NCBI GenBank assembly: GCA_030704615.1
Contig: CM060732.1
Location: 2,666,001 to 2,730,000 of the forward strand
Reading direction: 5' to 3'
DNA: 64,000 bases
Source: Takakia lepidozioides
Lineage: Eukaryota; Plantae; Bryophyta
Part shown: positions 61,852 through 64,000 of the stretch, piece by piece
How positions within the stretch are numbered: the stretch's first letter is position 1
Layout: every line of letters begins with the position of its first letter
The notes under the pieces: generated by a model
The model's input: the letters and a program-made list of their open reading frames with translations, nothing else
Database searches by the model: none
Told to the model about the DNA's origin: nothing
Translations under genes and position numbers: made by a program

Positions 61852-63230
61852 GGAAGCACGGAAACAAAACAGATTGGAAACCGAAATGCGGCACCGCATT
61901 TCGAACGTGCTTGGGAGGGTATGAGTATCTTACGAGTTGAGGTCCGCCATGGCATTCTTGAGAAGGGAGGAGTCTGCTGCCTTCACCTTGAGGATGACAC
62001 ACTCCACCATGTAATGCCAGCCAATGTGTTTGGCATGGTTCTGCTTGATGTACTCCCACCAGGCAAGAAGTCGGTGATTCCCGTCCCACACAAATAACAT
62101 TTTACCCGACATATGGCCAAAGTCTGGATCACCCTTCAGCGTTGCCTCGAATTCGTCTTTGCGAGTGTGCCAGTGGGTATCCCATGTTGACAATTCATCC
62201 GCAGTGGGTCCACGAGTTTTGCCGTCCTCATTCTCAATGGAAACGTAGAAGGCTGGCAAACCTAGACGGTACCCTTCTCGAAATGCGAACTTGAGCTTAT
62301 CCACATCTCCGGGAAGTGTCTGTCTGACAATGGGAAGGGAGACCATGCGACAGAGTGGGATTTGAAGAGTCCGCTGGAATACCCTGCTGCCCAGAACTCT
62401 GCCAATGCTACTGTGTGTCTCCTCCAACATTGTATCCGCTGCACTTTGGAATTCCTCCAGAGACATTTCTGCACGTGGCGGTAGGGGCTGAGCAGCTGGA
62501 GCATCCCCAACTGGAGCTGCACTCTGGGGAATCTTTGCGGGCAATTCTACCATTGCAGAGGCCTCCTCTGGGCCTGCAGTATTATGAAGATCTTCCTCAA
62601 CGGTGGTCAGGTCTTGCTGCGAACGTTGAGCGGCAGCACCCTCCTCCGGTAACAGATTGACGAAATCGGTCGATCCCATTGCCTTCGCTGCAGCAGAGAC
62701 GACCCCAACATCACCAGACTGGAAATCAAGCAGGAACTGGGCTTCAGCTCATGGAATCGGTTTTGAGGGAGACTGCTCCGCCCTCCCCCTGATTGCCTTG
62801 TGCTTCCTCATTCTTGCAAGTGAAGGTGTCTGCTGCAATTGAATCTGCCCTGCACCCTTCTGCTTCATTCGCATGGGTGGGGGGGAAACGGCCTGGTCCG
62901 GTTCAGAAACCAGCTGAAAGACGGGCTGCTTCTTCTTCGTCTTTGTTGGAGAAGGGCCCAACCCCTGCTGGCGATTATCTATGACCTACGAACGCGAGTT
63001 GCTCTCTGGGGCTTTGAACTGCAAAGACTTGCCCTTTGAAGCCGCGTCCTTGAAATGCACAGGGCTAGGCCCGGTAGGAAGACCCGTGCTCGTGGATTGG
63101 CTGGGTGTGCGTGCTGCAACTAGCTCCACGGACTCTTCCTGCGGCTCTTCGGATTCCTGCAATCCCTCCAACACGTCCACCTTTCCGGTTAGGCATGCAA
63201 ACATCTTTTGTATTCAAGTCTCCTAGCATA
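61852..63230 (-). pseudogene. ParB-MTase gene copy 2, exon 2 (ParB-like domain) and start of intron 2
   Basis: DGNHR at 62071-62085; donor GTAAG at 61933; colinear with 37340-38620. Confidence 0.82.
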
Positions 63231-63284
63231 TAGTTTAAGAATTGCAGAAGAAAAATGAGGGGGGTTTCGGTGCTCGATCAATTG

Positions 63285-64000
63285 CGCGCCGCATTTCCGT
63301 TCGAGAGAGTATGAAGGTCTCACACGGACGGAAATGGGGCACCGCATTTCCGTCCCACAGCTCCATGCCTGAGATACAAAAGGAAAATGCGGCGCCGCAT
63401 TTCCGTTCTGGGATGTCGGAAGGTGCGACTCGGACGGAAATGCGGTGCCGCATTTCAGTTCCGGTGGTTCACGATTTTTAGTCAGAACGGAAATGCGGTA
63501 CCGCATTTCCGTTCCACCCTCAAATACCTTAGTTGTTGAACGGAAATGCCGTGCCGCATTTCCGTTCTGGAGAGTACGAAGGTCTCACCCAGATGGAAAT
63601 GCGGTGCCGCAATTCTGTCCCACAACTCCATGCCTCAGATACAAAACGGAAATGCGGCGCCGCATTTCCGTTCTGGAATGTCGGAAGGTGCGACTCGGAC
63701 GGAAATGCGGTGCCGCATTTCAGTTCCGGTGGTTCACGATTTTCAGTCAGAACAGAAATGCGGTACCGCATTTCCGTTCTGGAGAGTATGAAGGTCACCC
63801 CCGGACGGAAATGCGGTGCCACATTTCCGTCCCACAGCTCCATGCCTCAGATACAAAACGGAAATGCGGCGCCGCATTTCCGTTCTGGAATGTCGGAAGG
63901 TGCGACTCGGACGGAAATGCGGTGCCGCATTTCAGTTCCGGTGGTTCACGATTTTCAGTTAGAACGGAAATGCGGTGCCGCATTTCAGTTCCGGTGGTTC
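63285..64000. repeat. Subfamily-A 53-bp palindrome array (runs off the window)
   Basis: Starts at 63648, 63701, 63754, 63807, 63860, 63913, 63966. Confidence 0.95.

Overview
This is a eukaryotic, transposon-saturated window; GT-AG introns and plant-type Ty3/Gypsy elements suggest a seed-free land plant (inference). I can support no ordinary host gene, rRNA, tRNA or CRISPR array. The main content is several broken and nested copies of a large (~15 kb reconstructed) Mutator-like (MULE) DNA transposon with 21-bp imperfect TIRs and a 9-bp TSD. Its architecture is: left TIR; a divergent pair of unknown paralogous ~180-190-aa ORFs; a short palindrome array; a 9-exon minus-strand gene (~1,400 aa) fusing a ParB/Srx-like domain (DGNHR) to a beta-class N4/N6 DNA-methyltransferase-like domain; a long array of 22-bp palindromes at a near-constant 53-bp period; a GCM-like/DDE/SWIM transposase; right TIR. 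A second subfamily (42773-49906) uses a different palindrome sequence at the same 53-bp period. The window also holds two copies of a non-chromoviral Ty3/Gypsy LTR retrotransposon with extra ORFs (one with both LTRs and a 5-bp TSD), a Penelope-like RT element with a long, apparently structured non-coding leader, a fold-back inversion and a non-coding TG...CA element. Nearly all coding regions carry frameshifts, stops or deletions, so they are pseudogenes or carry long-read indel errors. Family assignments come from motif recognition by eye; no searches were run.
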